Below are positions 27,357-37,591 of a stretch of DNA of 64,000 nt, in pieces. The first letter of the stretch is position 1. Every line of letters starts with the position of its first letter. Origin of the DNA: Promethearchaeota archaeon (GTDB lineage Archaea; Asgardarchaeota; Lokiarchaeia; Sigyniarchaeales; SOKP01); the NCBI GenBank assembly GCA_048939995.1, contig JBHLOY010000003.1, forward strand, positions 1 through 64,000, in the 5' to 3' direction. The notes beneath the pieces were generated by a model that saw only the letters and a list, made by a program, of their open reading frames with translations, searched no databases and was not told where the DNA came from. Made by a program: the position numbers and the translations under genes.

Positions 27357-28871
27357 ATGAGAGAAAATTTTAGATTTGGTCTAGATCACCTTACTATTGA
27401 TATAATTTTAAAATTAGCCAGAGGAAGAATTAAGGGTATATTAACTGAACAAATTGAAACAAAGATTAATAAAAGCTTTGAAGCTGTGCAAGCAATTGCT
27501 GAAAGTGATAAATTGGTATATAGCATTAATACTGGGTTTGGATCTCTATGCACAACTAAAATTTCCAAGGAAGAAACTAGAAAACTTCAAGAGAATCTAC
27601 TTAAAAGTCATAGTGTAGGAGTGGGAAATCCTGTAGATCAAGAGATCGCTAAGCTAATGTTGATTATTAAAGTTCACACGTTATCAAAAGGATATTCTGG
27701 TTGCTCATTAGAATTAATCAAACGTATACTTTGGCATATTGAAAATAATTATATCCCCCTTGTACCCGAGCAAGGTTCAGTTGGAGCTTCAGGAGATCTT
27801 GCTCCATTAGCTCATTTATTTTTGCCCCTAATAGGGTTAGGCTTTTTATCCAAAGATGGAGTAAATTATCATCCCTCTAAAAAAATTCTTAATGAAAATG
27901 GGTTAAAACCGCTAAAACTTTGTGCTAAAGAAGGTGTAGCTTTAATTAATGGCACGCAATTCATATCAGCTTATGCTGTAAAAGTAATCGAAAGTTTTCT
28001 TAATTGTCTTGAGCATGCAGATCTAGTTGGAGCTCTTAGTCTTGAAGCCTATTTAGGTTCACCCCAACCTTTTGATGAGCGATTGATCAATCTTCGACCA
28101 CATCAAGGAGCCCAGATTGTAGCGAGAAACATGAGGAAGCTGTTAAAGGATTCCCAACTTGTTCAATCACACAAGGATTGTGGTCGAGTGCAAGATCCAT
28201 ATTCTATTCGCTGTATACCGCAAGTACACGGGGCCTCTAGAGATGCTTTAGGTCATCTAATTGAAAAATTAGAGTGTGAATTAAATTCAGTGACAGACAA
28301 TCCTTTAATTTTTAGTGAAAATGATACTGTTAGTGGAGGAAATTTCCATGGTCAGCCACTTGCCTTGCCTTTAGATTATGTTGGTTTAGCTGCTTCTGAA
28401 ATAGGAAATATTTCTGATCGTAGAATTTATCTTCTTTTAGAAGGTAAGTGGGGACTTCCTCCTTACCTTATCAAAGAATCTGGTTTAAATTCTGGTTTTA
28501 TGATTGCGCAATATTGCTCTGCAGCTCTTGTAAGTGAAAACAAATCTATGTGTTTTCCTGCAAGTGCAGATAGCATTCCTACCTCGATGGGTCAAGAGGA
28601 TCATGTAAGTATGGGTTCAATTAGTGCTAGAAAAACATTAAACATAATAAGGAATCTTGAAAAAATTTTAGCAATTGAACTTTTATGTGCATCGCAAGCT
28701 TTTGATTTCAGAAAACCTTTGATGTCAAGCGAAATTTTAGAAACTTGTCACAGCTACATACGACAAAGCATACCCCATATTCATAAGGATGTAATTCTTG
28801 CTGAATACATAGAAGCAAGTCTGGATATTATAAGAAGTAAAAGGTTAATAGAAATTAAAGATCAAGGATAA
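27357..28871 (+). CDS. hutH: Histidine ammonia-lyase
   Basis: INTGFG, GSVGASGDLAPL (MIO), QDPYSIRC, DNP, GGNFHG and QEDHVSMG. ATG 27357 preferred over TTG 27348. Confidence 0.96.
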   Translation: MRENFRFGLDHLTIDIILKLARGRIKGILTEQIETKINKSFEAVQAIAESDKLVYSINTGFGSLCTTKISKEETRKLQENLLKSHSVGVGNPVDQEIAKLMLIIKVHTLSKGYSGCSLELIKRILWHIENNYIPLVPEQGSVGASGDLAPLAHLFLPLIGLGFLSKDGVNYHPSKKILNENGLKPLKLCAKEGVALINGTQFISAYAVKVIESFLNCLEHADLVGALSLEAYLGSPQPFDERLINLRPHQGAQIVARNMRKLLKDSQLVQSHKDCGRVQDPYSIRCIPQVHGASRDALGHLIEKLECELNSVTDNPLIFSENDTVSGGNFHGQPLALPLDYVGLAASEIGNISDRRIYLLLEGKWGLPPYLIKESGLNSGFMIAQYCSAALVSENKSMCFPASADSIPTSMGQEDHVSMGSISARKTLNIIRNLEKILAIELLCASQAFDFRKPLMSSEILETCHSYIRQSIPHIHKDVILAEYIEASLDIIRSKRLIEIKDQG

Positions 28872-28887
28872 TAATTACAGATATAAT

Positions 28888-30222
28888 ATGTATGTGACCT
28901 CTACAGTTCCTCTAAAAAAGGTGAAGAAAAGACAAGAAACGTTAAGCTCAGCAATCAATAAAGATATTTCTCCAAACTTAGTAATAATTCACGCAAATCA
29001 GTTAGTCACCCTCGATTCAAAATATGGTGCCCCACGAATTGGGGATCAAATGAAAGATCTTACAATTATAGAGGATGGAGCAATTGCTGTTACGAATAAT
29101 GTTATTGAATTTGTTGGCACCACCGAAGAATTATATTCATTTTATAATATAAATAGAGATACAATTATAATTGATGCAAAAAACAAACTTGTAACTCCTG
29201 GATTCGTAGATCCTCATACACATATCATATTTGATGGTTCCAGAGAAAACGAGTTAGAAATGAAATTAGATGGAATGAGTTATCTTGAGATTTTGAATGC
29301 AGGAGGAGGGATTTTAAAAACTGTGAGAGCAACGAGAGCAGCCTCTTTAGAGAAATTAGTAGAGAATGGGAAAAAGATACTTGATCATATGATAAAATTT
29401 GGAACTACTTCAATTGAGACTAAATCAGGGTACGGTTTAGATGCAGAAAGTGAATTTAAATCACTAAGAGCAGCAAAGATTTTAAACAATGAGCACTCAA
29501 TTGATATTACTTCGACTTTTCTAGCTCATATGATTCCACCAGAATATAAAGATAAAAAAGCAGACTATATGGACTTAATAATATCAGAAATGATCCCAAA
29601 AATTGCTAATGAAGAATTGGCTGAATTTTGTGATGTGTTTTGTGAAGAGGGAATTTTTACTATCGATGATGCCAGAAATATATTAAATGTTGCTAAACAT
29701 TTTGGTTTAAAGCCTCAAATACATGTTGATGAGATTGTAGATACAAATGGAGCATTGTTGGCAGCTGAGTTGAATGCTGTTCAAGCAGGACATCTCTTAA
29801 AATCAAATAAAGATGGATTAAAAGCAATGGCAAAAGCAGGAGTAATTGCTACTCTTTTACCTGGAACACCCTTTTCATTAATGTCAAAGGAGTATGCTGC
29901 AGCCAGGAAAATGATTGAATACAGGATACCAATTGCTTTAGCAACGGATCTTAATCCTAATTGTTGGACTGAATCAATGCAAATGATAATAGCCCTAGCT
30001 TGCTATAATATGAAAATGTATCCTTCTGAAGCCTTAACTGCGGCTACTCTTAATGCTGCTTGTGCAATCCAACGACAAGATGAAATAGGAAGCATTGAGA
30101 TTAGTAAAAAAGCTGATATTTTAATTTTTAATATTCCTAACTTTAAATTCTTACCTTATAAATTTGGTATGAATTTGATTGACCAAGTTATTAAAAATGG
30201 AAAAATAGTATTTAAAAATTAA
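28888..30222 (+). CDS. hutI: Imidazolonepropionase
   Basis: PGFVDPHTH, GGGILKTV, KSGYGL, DVFCE and ATDLNP. Confidence 0.95.
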   Translation: MYVTSTVPLKKVKKRQETLSSAINKDISPNLVIIHANQLVTLDSKYGAPRIGDQMKDLTIIEDGAIAVTNNVIEFVGTTEELYSFYNINRDTIIIDAKNKLVTPGFVDPHTHIIFDGSRENELEMKLDGMSYLEILNAGGGILKTVRATRAASLEKLVENGKKILDHMIKFGTTSIETKSGYGLDAESEFKSLRAAKILNNEHSIDITSTFLAHMIPPEYKDKKADYMDLIISEMIPKIANEELAEFCDVFCEEGIFTIDDARNILNVAKHFGLKPQIHVDEIVDTNGALLAAELNAVQAGHLLKSNKDGLKAMAKAGVIATLLPGTPFSLMSKEYAAARKMIEYRIPIALATDLNPNCWTESMQMIIALACYNMKMYPSEALTAATLNAACAIQRQDEIGSIEISKKADILIFNIPNFKFLPYKFGMNLIDQVIKNGKIVFKN

Positions 30223-30233
30223 GGCCAGCTTTG

Positions 30234-31151
30234 CTAAAAATCAAAATAATGTTCGAGTAAATGCTTCTCTTCAAGTTTAGAGGGATTCTGTAATTGCAGG
30301 TAATATTCTAAAGTGTTAAGTACAGCTCCTAAAGGGAGGACTCCCACTAGTTCTGTTCCAATAATCTTAACTCCATATCTTGCTGCCTCAATTTTTACAA
30401 GTTCTAACTGTCTGTAAAGTGGGGTTTTCCTATAGTTAACATTACTTATCCCAACTTGCACATAATCTTTCCCTTCTAAAATTGTACCCATTGCTTTAAT
30501 ATTAACTAAACCGCCAGAACGTAAATGAATTGCTTTGGCTACTTTCTTGGCAATCTCCACATTTTTAGTCCCAAGATTGATATTGAAACTGATTAAAGGT
30601 AATCTAGCACCTGTTATTATTGCACCTGCAGTAGGATGTAATTCTGAAGGGCCAAAATCAGGTTTTCGCTCAGTATCTGACTTAATAGTCTCCTTTAATC
30701 CTTCATATTCACCAATTCTTATGTTATCTATATTTTTCCTTTCCAATTTCCGAGCAGATTCCTCATATAGGTATACTGGAATACTTTCTTTTGCCATTGT
30801 TTCAGCAAATCTCACAGATAAGTCGATCGCTTCTTCCATACTAACATTTTGCGCGGGTACAAATGGTACGACATCTACTGCTCCAATTCTGGGATGTTGT
30901 CCTTTATGTTTACCCATATCGATTAATTCAATCGCTTTTTTAGCGGCACTGATATTTGCTCTTAAAGTTGCTTCTGGAGTTCCTACAAAAGTTACTACTG
31001 CGCGATTATAATCTTTATCATATTGTACATCAACAATTCTTGTATTTGGGGTTCCCTTTATTTCATTTACTATGCTATCAATTACATTAGCATCTTTTCC
31101 TTCGCTAAAATTGGGTACAGATTCTACTATTTTCTTCTTTGATGTTTCCAT
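30234..31151 (-). CDS. ftcD: Glutamate formiminotransferase (stand-alone FT domain)
   Basis: ESVPNFSEG, NRAVVT, HKGQHPRIGAVDVVPFVP, PDFGP and GAR. Confidence 0.92.
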   Translation of the reverse strand: METSKKKIVESVPNFSEGKDANVIDSIVNEIKGTPNTRIVDVQYDKDYNRAVVTFVGTPEATLRANISAAKKAIELIDMGKHKGQHPRIGAVDVVPFVPAQNVSMEEAIDLSVRFAETMAKESIPVYLYEESARKLERKNIDNIRIGEYEGLKETIKSDTERKPDFGPSELHPTAGAIITGARLPLISFNINLGTKNVEIAKKVAKAIHLRSGGLVNIKAMGTILEGKDYVQVGISNVNYRKTPLYRQLELVKIEAARYGVKIIGTELVGVLPLGAVLNTLEYYLQLQNPSKLEEKHLLEHYFDF

Positions 31152-31284
31152 CTTAATTTCCTCGTTTAATTAATTTAAGATAAATTTAGTTATAATTAAG
31201 AATAATCCCTTCTCTTATAGCTTTTATTAGCAAAATTTTTAATTTTATGTTCAAATTTATTTAGGATACTTAATTTTTTATCCA

Positions 31285-32304
31285 ATGGAAAAAAGAACTA
31301 AACGCATTATTATTGGATGCGTAACTATTGTCATCATCATATTAATGATAATTTATGTTGATTTTCAGAATCTCATAATTAATTTACAAAGTATATCATT
31401 TTTTGGGATTTTTCTCTTTTCAGCAACATACACAGTCGCTTTTATATTTCGAGCTTTAAAATTAAAAGTTACATTCAATGCTATTAATTTAAATCCAAGG
31501 TATTTGACAATCTATGGAGCTATTGGCACGGGTTGGGCTATAAACGAATTAACACCTGCAAAATTGGGAGATATAGCAAAAATGGAATACATTCATCAAA
31601 GAGAATCTAATTTTCGTCTTAGTAAATGCTTAGTTGCAGTTTTAATTGATCGTTTCATTGATTTGATCATATTATTTTCAATTACCTGTTTTACATTACT
31701 CTATATTTATTTGATAAATATATCTTACCCATCTGAACTCAATCTGTTTATAATTGTTGGGGCTTTAATCTTACTATTGGGAGCACTAGCTCTTCTTTTA
31801 CTATTCTTTAAAACGGAGGGTGTTTTAAATTTTATAGGTAAAATTTCACTTAGACTTAAGACTTTTTTAGAGAAATTTATCTATCGTTTTGTTGAGGGAT
31901 TAAATGATTTTAGAAAAGATAAAAAAAGGATGGTTCTGGTTCTAGTGTACAATATCCCAACTTGGTTTTTTGAATCCCTTACATTGGTCATAATTTTTTA
32001 CTTAGCAGGCTATGACGTTGACTTTTTTATAATCATTTTGGCTCAAATTATTACATTCTTTACTAAAACTATCCCAATTACGCCAGGGGGTTGGGGTTTT
32101 TCTGAGATAATTGGTACCGCAATTATAACTTTATTTTATCCTATTTATCTCCCTATTAATAATGAGATATTATCTCTCTTTGTATTAGATCACTTTTTAA
32201 GAATATTTTATGTTTTTATATATGGGGGAATCTCTACTGTCGCAATTAATTTTAAATTCAAAGAAGTAAGCGTTGATCAAATCGCTAGAAATTCAAATAG
32301 CTAA
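31285..32304 (+). CDS. Flippase-like / lysylphosphatidylglycerol synthase TM-domain protein (UPF0104/AglD2-like)
   Basis: About 8 TM helices, N..TPAKLGD, DR..D and PITPGGWG.E. Confidence 0.85.
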   Translation: MEKRTKRIIIGCVTIVIIILMIIYVDFQNLIINLQSISFFGIFLFSATYTVAFIFRALKLKVTFNAINLNPRYLTIYGAIGTGWAINELTPAKLGDIAKMEYIHQRESNFRLSKCLVAVLIDRFIDLIILFSITCFTLLYIYLINISYPSELNLFIIVGALILLLGALALLLLFFKTEGVLNFIGKISLRLKTFLEKFIYRFVEGLNDFRKDKKRMVLVLVYNIPTWFFESLTLVIIFYLAGYDVDFFIIILAQIITFFTKTIPITPGGWGFSEIIGTAIITLFYPIYLPINNEILSLFVLDHFLRIFYVFIYGGISTVAINFKFKEVSVDQIARNSNS

Positions 32305-33018
32305 TTATAAGTATTGTAATCTCAATTTGAATAAGTTCAAAAATATAAATAGTGGATCTAGAACTTTAATTTTTGAACCTTCTTCATGTTTCCATTCTAT
32401 TGGTAATTCATGAATTATATATTTATGTTTCCTCGCTTTATATAGAAGTTCTACATCAAATTCCCATCTAAATGATTTGAGACTCTTGAAAAGATCTATA
32501 GCAACCTCCTTTTTAAAGCCTTTAAAGCCGCAAAGTAAATCATTTATCTTTATTCTAAATAGTAGATTTGAATACACATTGAAAATTTTACTTAATAATC
32601 TCCTACTAAAAGGTTGAGGGATGGTAACTTTAGAAGATTTTTGAATTCGAGAACCCACAATTATATCAGAATTATATTTTTGGAATGATTTTAGTAAATT
32701 TTGTATTTCAGATGGTGGTGTAGAACCATCAGCATCCATAAAAAGAATAAACTTTCCTCGAGCTTTTAATACTCCCTGTTGAATAGCATACCCTTTCCCC
32801 ATATTTTTTCTATAACTTATAAGTTTTAAATCTGATTGAACTTTTTGAAGATTTTGGACGATCTTTTCAGTCTTATCATTGGATCCATCATTAATAATAA
32901 CTATTTCGAAATTCTTTAGATTTAACCTCGAGAAGCTAATTAAATTCTTTAAAAAATACGAGATTCTTTTCTCTTCATTATAAGCGGGGATTAATATACT
33001 AATTACTATTTCTTCCAT
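32305..33018 (-). CDS. Dolichyl-phosphate hexosyltransferase (ALG5/DPM1-like GT2)
   Basis: IPAYNEEKRI, NDGSND, NMGKG, DADG, GSR, CGFK, FDVE and WKH..GSK. Confidence 0.88.
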   Translation of the reverse strand: MEEIVISILIPAYNEEKRISYFLKNLISFSRLNLKNFEIVIINDGSNDKTEKIVQNLQKVQSDLKLISYRKNMGKGYAIQQGVLKARGKFILFMDADGSTPPSEIQNLLKSFQKYNSDIIVGSRIQKSSKVTIPQPFSRRLLSKIFNVYSNLLFRIKINDLLCGFKGFKKEVAIDLFKSLKSFRWEFDVELLYKARKHKYIIHELPIEWKHEEGSKIKVLDPLFIFLNLFKLRLQYL

Positions 33019-33162
33019 AAATTTCCTTTTTTAATTCAATTCATTATTTTATAATTACCTTTGAATATAGTATTCTATTCTTCAGAAAATTTTAATTTAA
33101 TTGATCTTTAAAGTTCTTATTATTTCACTTATTTTAAGGATAACAGATGGAAGTAGTAATAT

Positions 33163-34248
33163 ATGTTATTAAAAGATCAAGAAGGTTTATGGAAAGTTAG
33201 GAATTATCGCAGATTAGGGCTTATATTAGTTTCTATTGGTATTATCATAAGAATCATTATGCTCATATATTACTATGTGGTTCATTTAGATCCTACATTC
33301 CCCTGGGGAGATATATTGATAAATTACCATACAACGGACTCTATGTTTACTGGTGAGTGGATTTGGGCTCCAACAGAATTAGAATATCCCCCATTAACTT
33401 TAGTTTTGCTTTTATTTTTAAAAATAATCTCGTTTGATATATTTGAATTATTTGTATTTTATGCATTTCTTTTCGAGTTAGGGACATCTCTTTTATTTTA
33501 TTATGTTCTTAAGAAATTCAATATTTCGAATGCATTATTTGTATTAGGTGTTTTTTTAGTAAACCCATTTGTCTTTTTGAATAATGTATTCAGTCCTTTT
33601 AATTGTGGTTATCATATTACTGATAGCATATTCTATTTGTTTCTTATTTTAGCTTTATATTTATATCCAAAAGAAGATAAGAGACTATTTTATTTATTTT
33701 CGGGATTAACAATGTGCGCAAAATGGTTTACTTTACCGGCAGCACTATATTTCTTTTTCAAATTTCTTTTGAATAAAGATTGGAAACAAATTAAAAACCT
33801 ATTGATCTACTTAGGGGTACCTATTCTAGTTTTATTAGTTTCTCCGTTGTTATATTTGCCAAATTATATTGATCTTTATATCAGTTGGATCTCAAGCTCG
33901 AAAACAGCACTCCCGTACCAACCGCCTGAATATGTAAAATTAATCATATTTGGGGGAATTTTCTTGATTTATTTAATATTAAGACTACGAAAGGCCGATT
34001 TACTTGAGATCACATTCTTTTCAGTCATCGTCATGTTTTCTATAATGTTTTGGAGAAGGCCATATGTGAGATATTTAACTCCACTAGTTCTATATGGTCA
34101 TTTAAAGACAAATGAAAACATTATGACAATTGATCTTAATTTAAAGATAACACGTGTTCACTTTAGGATAGGAAATCATCTTTTTACTTATATTTTATCA
34201 GGTTTGGGATGCATTGTGGCAATTGCGATAATAATTTTCGTGTTTTAA
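33163..34248 (+). CDS. Multi-TM GT-C-like (GT87/DUF2029-like) glycosyltransferase
   Basis: D in the first loop followed by EYPP, NP, and K..P in a TM; about 10 TM helices. Confidence 0.6.
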   Translation: MLLKDQEGLWKVRNYRRLGLILVSIGIIIRIIMLIYYYVVHLDPTFPWGDILINYHTTDSMFTGEWIWAPTELEYPPLTLVLLLFLKIISFDIFELFVFYAFLFELGTSLLFYYVLKKFNISNALFVLGVFLVNPFVFLNNVFSPFNCGYHITDSIFYLFLILALYLYPKEDKRLFYLFSGLTMCAKWFTLPAALYFFFKFLLNKDWKQIKNLLIYLGVPILVLLVSPLLYLPNYIDLYISWISSSKTALPYQPPEYVKLIIFGGIFLIYLILRLRKADLLEITFFSVIVMFSIMFWRRPYVRYLTPLVLYGHLKTNENIMTIDLNLKITRVHFRIGNHLFTYILSGLGCIVAIAIIIFVF

Positions 34249-35492
34249 AATGATTTTTCAGCTATCTGAGTACTACAAGGAAAAACTGCTACTTTAGGGG
34301 AATTTCCATACTTTCTTTCTAATTCTTCTATCAAATTATTCCATTCATTGAATAGTTTAACAGATTCAGGGAAAAAATGATTTTTATCAAATTCATTTAC
34401 GTTTGGTGAAAATAAATACACTCTTCTTTTCTTTATAAATGATTTCCATACTACACTATCTCTTAAATTCTTATATAGTTTGGATCCTGTTTCAGCTAAA
34501 AGACTATGGTATCCTCTTCCCTCGTATGAAGATGTCATAATGATAATTGCACCATAGCGATCGAGGATTTTATTGGGAGCGGTCATCAAAAAATTGAAGG
34601 CTTTATATTGAGCTTGACTAAGCTCAGAATCTTCTGGAAATGAATTAAAGAAACAAATCTGATTATCTAAAGTAACCTTTGTTGAATAAAATTGTTTTCC
34701 AAATTCCATTGCTCTTCTGTGAGCATCTTTAAAATGACCTGAAAACAATTTAGCGATTTTTCCTTCTTCATTCAAGATTGCATTAATAGAAAAATCTAAA
34801 CCTATTTTTTCTACAGCTTCTTCTATATCTCTTCGTATATCTGTCATTCTTCCGATGCCAGCACCTATTCCTCTCATTCCAGCAGAGTGATTTGCTTCTA
34901 ATGTGCGAATGCCACATACTCCTGGCAATATCATCTTTGCTCCACCTCCAAAACCAGCTAACCCATGGGGTATCACACCTCCTATGGAAATCTTCAAATC
35001 TGCCTTAAGATATATCGAATTAACATCAATGGGGGTACCCTTACTAGATTCTCCTATATAGGTTAAATTCTCATAAGGATGATGATTTTCAATTCTCATG
35101 GTATCAATAATTCCCTTTCCAAGCTTTAAGGTAAAGTCTTGTCTATTCATTGGTCGATGAGCGCCAATAGCAGCGATAATAGTAATTTTCGCTTTCCTTA
35201 TCCCTCCTTCTTCAATTTCTTCAAGTACATATGGTAAAATTCTTGATATTTGCGTAGTTCTGGTCATATCATCAATTACTATTACAGCATTCTTCTTTTC
35301 CCTTGCCAAGTCTAACAATTTAGAAGTACCAATTGGATTTAAGATAGAGTATTTTATATCATCATCAGATAATTCTAAATCTTGAGCTCCATTCATTCTA
35401 CAAGTTACTACATCCCAAGAACCTGGAAACCTTAAATCGAGAGAATTTGGTTCGCACCAAGCAGCCCAGGGTATTTTTACTATTTTAGACAT
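34245..35492 (-). CDS. LarA-family (nickel-pincer) racemase/epimerase
   Basis: DDMTR, GAHR and PHGLAGFGGGAK...PG...NH. Confidence 0.85.
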   Translation of the reverse strand: MSKIVKIPWAAWCEPNSLDLRFPGSWDVVTCRMNGAQDLELSDDDIKYSILNPIGTSKLLDLAREKKNAVIVIDDMTRTTQISRILPYVLEEIEEGGIRKAKITIIAAIGAHRPMNRQDFTLKLGKGIIDTMRIENHHPYENLTYIGESSKGTPIDVNSIYLKADLKISIGGVIPHGLAGFGGGAKMILPGVCGIRTLEANHSAGMRGIGAGIGRMTDIRRDIEEAVEKIGLDFSINAILNEEGKIAKLFSGHFKDAHRRAMEFGKQFYSTKVTLDNQICFFNSFPEDSELSQAQYKAFNFLMTAPNKILDRYGAIIIMTSSYEGRGYHSLLAETGSKLYKNLRDSVVWKSFIKKRRVYLFSPNVNEFDKNHFFPESVKLFNEWNNLIEELERKYGNSPKVAVFPCSTQIAEKSF

Positions 35493-35601
35493 AATATCTT
35501 CCCTAATTATATGGCTTAAAGGAAATTTTTGTTTAATAATTAATAAAAAATTATAAAATTATTAAAGTAATTTCAAATTTCAGAACCACACAACGAACAA
35601 T

Positions 35602-36060
35602 ATGAATGAACCAAATAATAGAAGAATTTCAAAGGATTCATATTTCATGAAAATTGCTGAAGTTGTTTCTCTAAGATCAACCTGCATAAAAAGAAAAGTT
35701 GGAGCTGTGTTAGTAAAAGATTCACATATTCTTTCTACTGGATATAATGGGGCTCCTTCTGGTTTCAAACATTGTACACCCGAAATATGCGTAAGAAAAA
35801 ACTTAAAGAGCGGAGAAAAGCCAGAATTATGTCGGGGAGTGCATGCGGAAATTAATTGTATAATACAGGCAGCCATTCATGGGACCTCCATTAAAGGCAA
35901 TACCAGCTTATATACTACTACATTTCCCTGTATGGATTGCCTAAAGCTAATTATTAATGCTGGTATCAAAAAATTAATCTATAAAGAAGGTTATAATATG
36001 GAAAACAAAATTAAAGAGACTCTTCTAAAAGAGTCCTCATTGCATATCATGCAAGTTTGA
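35602..36060 (+). CDS. dCMP deaminase (ComEB-like)
   Basis: RSTC, VGAV, TGYNG, HAE.N and PCMDC. Confidence 0.92.
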   Translation: MNEPNNRRISKDSYFMKIAEVVSLRSTCIKRKVGAVLVKDSHILSTGYNGAPSGFKHCTPEICVRKNLKSGEKPELCRGVHAEINCIIQAAIHGTSIKGNTSLYTTTFPCMDCLKLIINAGIKKLIYKEGYNMENKIKETLLKESSLHIMQV

Positions 36061-36149
36061 CCTTTATATTTTTTTCTATAAAAATGTAGAAAAAATAGCG
36101 TAAAATCTTTTAATATACTTTAATGATTACCTAGTAATTATTATTTAAG

Positions 36150-37586
36150 ATGAAGAATCTAGTGGGTGACAAGGAAAACTTAGTTGTAATGAAATTTGGT
36201 GGTTCTTGTATAAGAACAAAAGAATCATTTGATCAAATTCTCAAAATTATAGAATCTCACAAAGAGAAATATAAGTTGATAATCACTACCTCTGCTGTAA
36301 ATGGAATTACAAATAAATTGATCCAGTTTTATGAAAAATCATGTTTAGAGGATAAGGAGTGTGCTAGAATACTTAAAGAAGTTTATAATTTACATTACAA
36401 TCTTTTAAATCAAGTAGTCATCAATAAGACCCCAGAATATACAGATACTTTAAGATTTATCCAAAAAAATATTGAAGAACTTACCCAGTTGGGCAAAGTT
36501 ATACGTTTAATTAGACCTAGTTTAGATATCCAAGATTTAATATATTCCTATGGGGAAAGATTAAGCACTTTTATTTTATGTGAATATTTAAAATCTAATA
36601 ATATCAATGCAATTTATGTTTCTTCCGATGATATAATTCTAACAGATGATAATTTCGGAAATGCTTTACCATTATTGGAAGAAACCGAAAAGCTTGTCGA
36701 AAAGAAGCTTATCCCTCTTATAGAGGAAAAAAAGTTTACTGTCATTTGTATAACTGGATATTATGGAGCCACATTTGATAAAAAGATTACAACTTTAGGT
36801 AGAGGGGGTACTGATCTCACTGCTGCGGTGCTAGCATACTCATTGAGAAATAATTACAATTGTAAGGTTATTTATTGGAAAGACGTTAAAGGTCTTTTAA
36901 ATGCTGATCCAAAAATAACTAAAAAAGCTGCTTTATTAAAAACTCTTTCTTATAATGAAGCGAAAGAATTAGCATTTTTTGGTTCTGAAATTTTACATCC
37001 AATATCTTTAGATGTGAATGAAAAAGGTAATGTCCTTTCTGAAATAAGATATTTTGAAGAACCTGATTCAGAAGAATTTACAACACTTACAAAGGAACTT
37101 ATTAAAGATGCTAAAATCGTAAAAGCAATAACTTCCATCCATAAACTATCCATGGTGACTCTCGAAAGTGATACTATGGTTCCCTTGCCAGGAACTGTCT
37201 CAAAATTGTTTTCTCTTTTAGGTGATAATAAAATCAATCTAGTATTTATTTCTCAAAGTTCATCTGAGAATAATATTACTTTTGGAATTAATTTTGCCGA
37301 TTCTCAAAAAGTTAATTCTTTGCTTAGATATTCTGAATTTTTTGGTAAAAAATGGTTTAAAATTAAAGTGGATAATGAGATTTCTTTAGTTGCTATTATA
37401 GGAATTGGTTTATTAGAAACTCCTGGTATTGCAGGTAAAGTTTTTACTCAATTAGGAGATAATGGAATCAATATAAAAGCTATTGCCCAAGGCTCATCAG
37501 AGTTGAGCTTTACGGCTATTATAGACAGAGAAAATTGCATTAAAGCAATAAATGTATTATATGATGCATTTATTAATCAAACATAG
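36150..37586 (+). CDS. lysC: Aspartate kinase with two ACT domains
   Basis: KFGGS, GERLS, TTLGRGGTD, ADP, LHP, and the ACT motifs SQSSSE and AQGSSE. Confidence 0.92.
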   Translation: MKNLVGDKENLVVMKFGGSCIRTKESFDQILKIIESHKEKYKLIITTSAVNGITNKLIQFYEKSCLEDKECARILKEVYNLHYNLLNQVVINKTPEYTDTLRFIQKNIEELTQLGKVIRLIRPSLDIQDLIYSYGERLSTFILCEYLKSNNINAIYVSSDDIILTDDNFGNALPLLEETEKLVEKKLIPLIEEKKFTVICITGYYGATFDKKITTLGRGGTDLTAAVLAYSLRNNYNCKVIYWKDVKGLLNADPKITKKAALLKTLSYNEAKELAFFGSEILHPISLDVNEKGNVLSEIRYFEEPDSEEFTTLTKELIKDAKIVKAITSIHKLSMVTLESDTMVPLPGTVSKLFSLLGDNKINLVFISQSSSENNITFGINFADSQKVNSLLRYSEFFGKKWFKIKVDNEISLVAIIGIGLLETPGIAGKVFTQLGDNGINIKAIAQGSSELSFTAIIDRENCIKAINVLYDAFINQT

Positions 37587-37591
37587 CTTTC

